From Octopus bimaculoides (lineage: Eukaryota), in the NCBI RefSeq assembly GCF_001194135.2, contig NC_068992.1, positions 38,313,304 to 38,377,303 of the forward strand: a DNA stretch of 64,000 nucleotides. The letters run 5' to 3'. Each line of letters begins with the position of its first letter. The first letter of the stretch is position 1. A program made the position numbers and the translations under genes. This document shows, one piece after another, positions 61,586 through 64,000 of this stretch. Below the pieces are notes generated by a model. That model saw only the letters and a list, made by a program, of their open reading frames with translations. It had not been told where the DNA came from and did not search any database.

Positions 61586-61870
61586 ACAATTGCAGCGTGG
61601 AAGGTGTTTATAAGCCATTTAAAATAACACAAAAGCCGTCAGATTCACTTCAACATTTAAATTTAATTTGTCAAAATATTTTCGTCGCTTTGAGACCACG
61701 ACCTGTTCACTGACAAAATTGTGCTGCATCTCAATTTTGTCAGTGAACGGGTCGCGGTCTCAAAGCGATGAAAATATTTTGACAAATTAAATTTAAATGT
61801 TGAAGTGAATCTGACGGCTTTTGTGTGTTATTTTAAATGGCTTATAAACATCTTCCACACTGCAATTGTT
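61585..61870. repeat. Near-perfect 286-bp palindrome (137-bp arms, 10-nt loop)
   Basis: Runs aacaattgcag...aaaattg, loop tgctgcatct, caatttt...tgcaattgtt. Confidence 0.9.
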
Positions 61871-62708
61871 TTCGTTCCAGCACACAATCTCAGATCAGGT
61901 CGTTTGCTATGCAAGTACATCTCCGTAATATATATATATATATTCAAAAGACTAAATTCTAACTTCTGGGACACATCCAGCTTCACTATTTACTAAGCGA
62001 TTTGCCCCAATTTTTCTTCACCAGGATTCAATATTTTTGAATATCATTATCCATTTGTTATCCAGCACGAATAACAATTCAATATAAACAGTGATAAAGG
62101 CCTTGGGTTTAAAGTTAAGAGGGAATCACAGTTGTGATGTTCATGCCTTTCTTGAGATATTATTGGAGTAAATGAAATTAACTGAATTCAGAAGGAGATT
62201 AAAACCAAGACAGAATTATCTCACTATCGGATTGCTTACTTTATACTGCAAACTAATCACAAACTTCATATTACACCTCGGGGCAAAAGGAGCCCCAGAA
62301 GACTATCAACTCTCTTTTCTTAGTAGACTAATGAGTATGAAAGTAAATACATAAATAAAATATAAATAAGATAACGATGGATAATGAGTTTTGTGAATCA
62401 GTGCACATAACATATATTTAATTGTTGCTATTACACAGACAGATAAGTGTACAAACCAAGGAATTTCGGTGCCTGACAGCATCACATTGGTACAGTTGTT
62501 ATGTGGCTGTAATTTGACACTATATAAAGTTAGAATCTCCGAAAGAACAAGAATTTTTATCTCAGTCTGAGACAAGAAAAAAAAAAGTGGTTATTACACC
62601 AAATAAGAAGTCTGTAGAGTGAGGCTAGTTTGGAATTGCATTAGCAAATAACTCTTACATTCCTTCCCCTCACATGTTTTTGGTAAATTATTAATATAAA
62701 GTAATAAC

Positions 62709-62936
62709 TTAACCCTTTAGCATTCAGATTATTCTGTCAAATGTAATCCTTATTTATTCACATTGTTTTGAATTAATCATGCATTATCACTTAGCTTTGA
62801 AATTTCAGTGAGGTGAACATTTAGTTTTAGAATGACAGTGTAGGGTAGATGTGAGAGGCCAGACCTGGCCAGTTTGAACATAAAACAAAAAGACTATTTT
62901 GGCTGGATGTGGTTGGTTTAAATGCTAAAGGGTTAA
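62709..62936. mobile_element. Second piggyBac-type MITE family (fragments also near 4200-4420, 45535-45769, 55955-56020, 56860-56980)
   Basis: TTAACCCTTTAGCATT...AATGCTAAAGGGTTAA. Confidence 0.8.
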
Positions 62937-64000
62937 ATCAGAGATTAATCTTCCTAACACCCCTCCTCCTCTTCATCATCATTATTCAAACGTTCATCTT
63001 CCATGCTGGCATGGGTTGTATGATTCAAAAGGATTCAGAGTCTGAGGATTGAGATAAACTAATGTATTTTGTGTATAAGTGCATATATATATATATACTT
63101 ATGGGTATATACATGCCTGTGTCTGGACAGAGTTACACACAAATACACACACATGTAGTGGTGGTGGTGGGGTTTTTTAAGGGTCAAATGAAATATGTTG
63201 AGACAAATTTTCTGTAGTCAGGTGCTCTTCCTGTCACCAACCCTCACCTGCTTCTGAGCTAAGCGACATTCAATAAGTGAGTCTCAACCATTTTTTTTTG
63301 CCTACAGACCCTTTTGTTTCCTATTCTTCTCTACTAGATCCTCATAGCCATTCATTGTTTATGAAGTCCTATTATATTTTTATCATTATATATCATTAGG
63401 AATTGTATAAAAACAAATTGTTAAAATATTTTGTGTATTATAAAAGTATAACCTATTTATTGCAGATAAATTTTGATGAAAAAAATCTTATATGGATCTC
63501 TAATGGTCATGAAGACCCTGACTGAAAACCACTGGCCTAGGTCTTTGAACACAAAGCACCACAATGGCTGGACATGTTTTTCATGGAAGGCTACAGACCA
63601 ATAACAATCAGCATGACAGTGAAGTTGACAACAGGAAGAGCATCCAACTGTAGAAATTTGCCTCAAAGAATTCCTTCCAACCCATGCCAACATGGAAAAA
63701 TGGATGTTAAATCAATGTTGATGAAACTGAAACTTAGCTTCTGGAGATATCTCTTTCTTTGAAGTGCTCACCCTTGGAGGAATCCTAATTTTTAAGTTTG
63801 GTTAACCGTAGTTTATGAAATGCATGACACAAGATAACATAGGGAAGATTCATATTTATCAATTACCATTCCATCCATGCCAATATGCGGAGGAAAAACA
63901 TAATCTTCTAAAATGTTAACTATCATAAAGTGTTGTTAAAATATTGGTTTCAAATTTTGGCACAAGGCCAGCAATTTCCAGGGAGGGGTTAAGTTGAATA

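Noticed and set aside
61733-61780. Hammerhead-like topology in the 286-bp palindrome (CAGTGA...CAAA)
   Set aside because: Both core boxes deviate from CUGANGA and GAAA, so it is not supportable.

Overview
AT-rich, repeat-dense eukaryotic genomic DNA with about 13 N-gaps. The SINE/MITE content looks like an octopod cephalopod (inference). Two convergent genes are present. The terminal coding exon of AMACR (alpha-methylacyl-CoA racemase, C-terminal SKL) lies on + at 755-1161. A RIN/Sprint-family gene (SH2, a 2145-bp disordered exon, RH, VPS9, RA) lies on -. I reconstructed it by hand as 15 phase-consistent GT-AG coding exons from 48146 to the stop at 4014, with a candidate start exon at 51532-51582; one acceptor is hidden in a gap. 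The introns hold tRNA-derived SINEs, RTE and R4-like LINE remnants, mariner, hAT and piggyBac-type non-autonomous elements, a probable solo LTR and more than ten fold-back elements. The main finding is that several fold-backs carry minimal type I hammerhead-ribozyme motifs with palindromic stem III, the dimer-forming type known from Penelope-like elements. One has an intact core at 26595-26642 on the strand of the RIN pre-mRNA. Another (42005-42350) joins a tRNA-like Pol III head to such a tail, suggesting a SINE mobilised by Penelope-type machinery. All calls are by eye; no searches were run.
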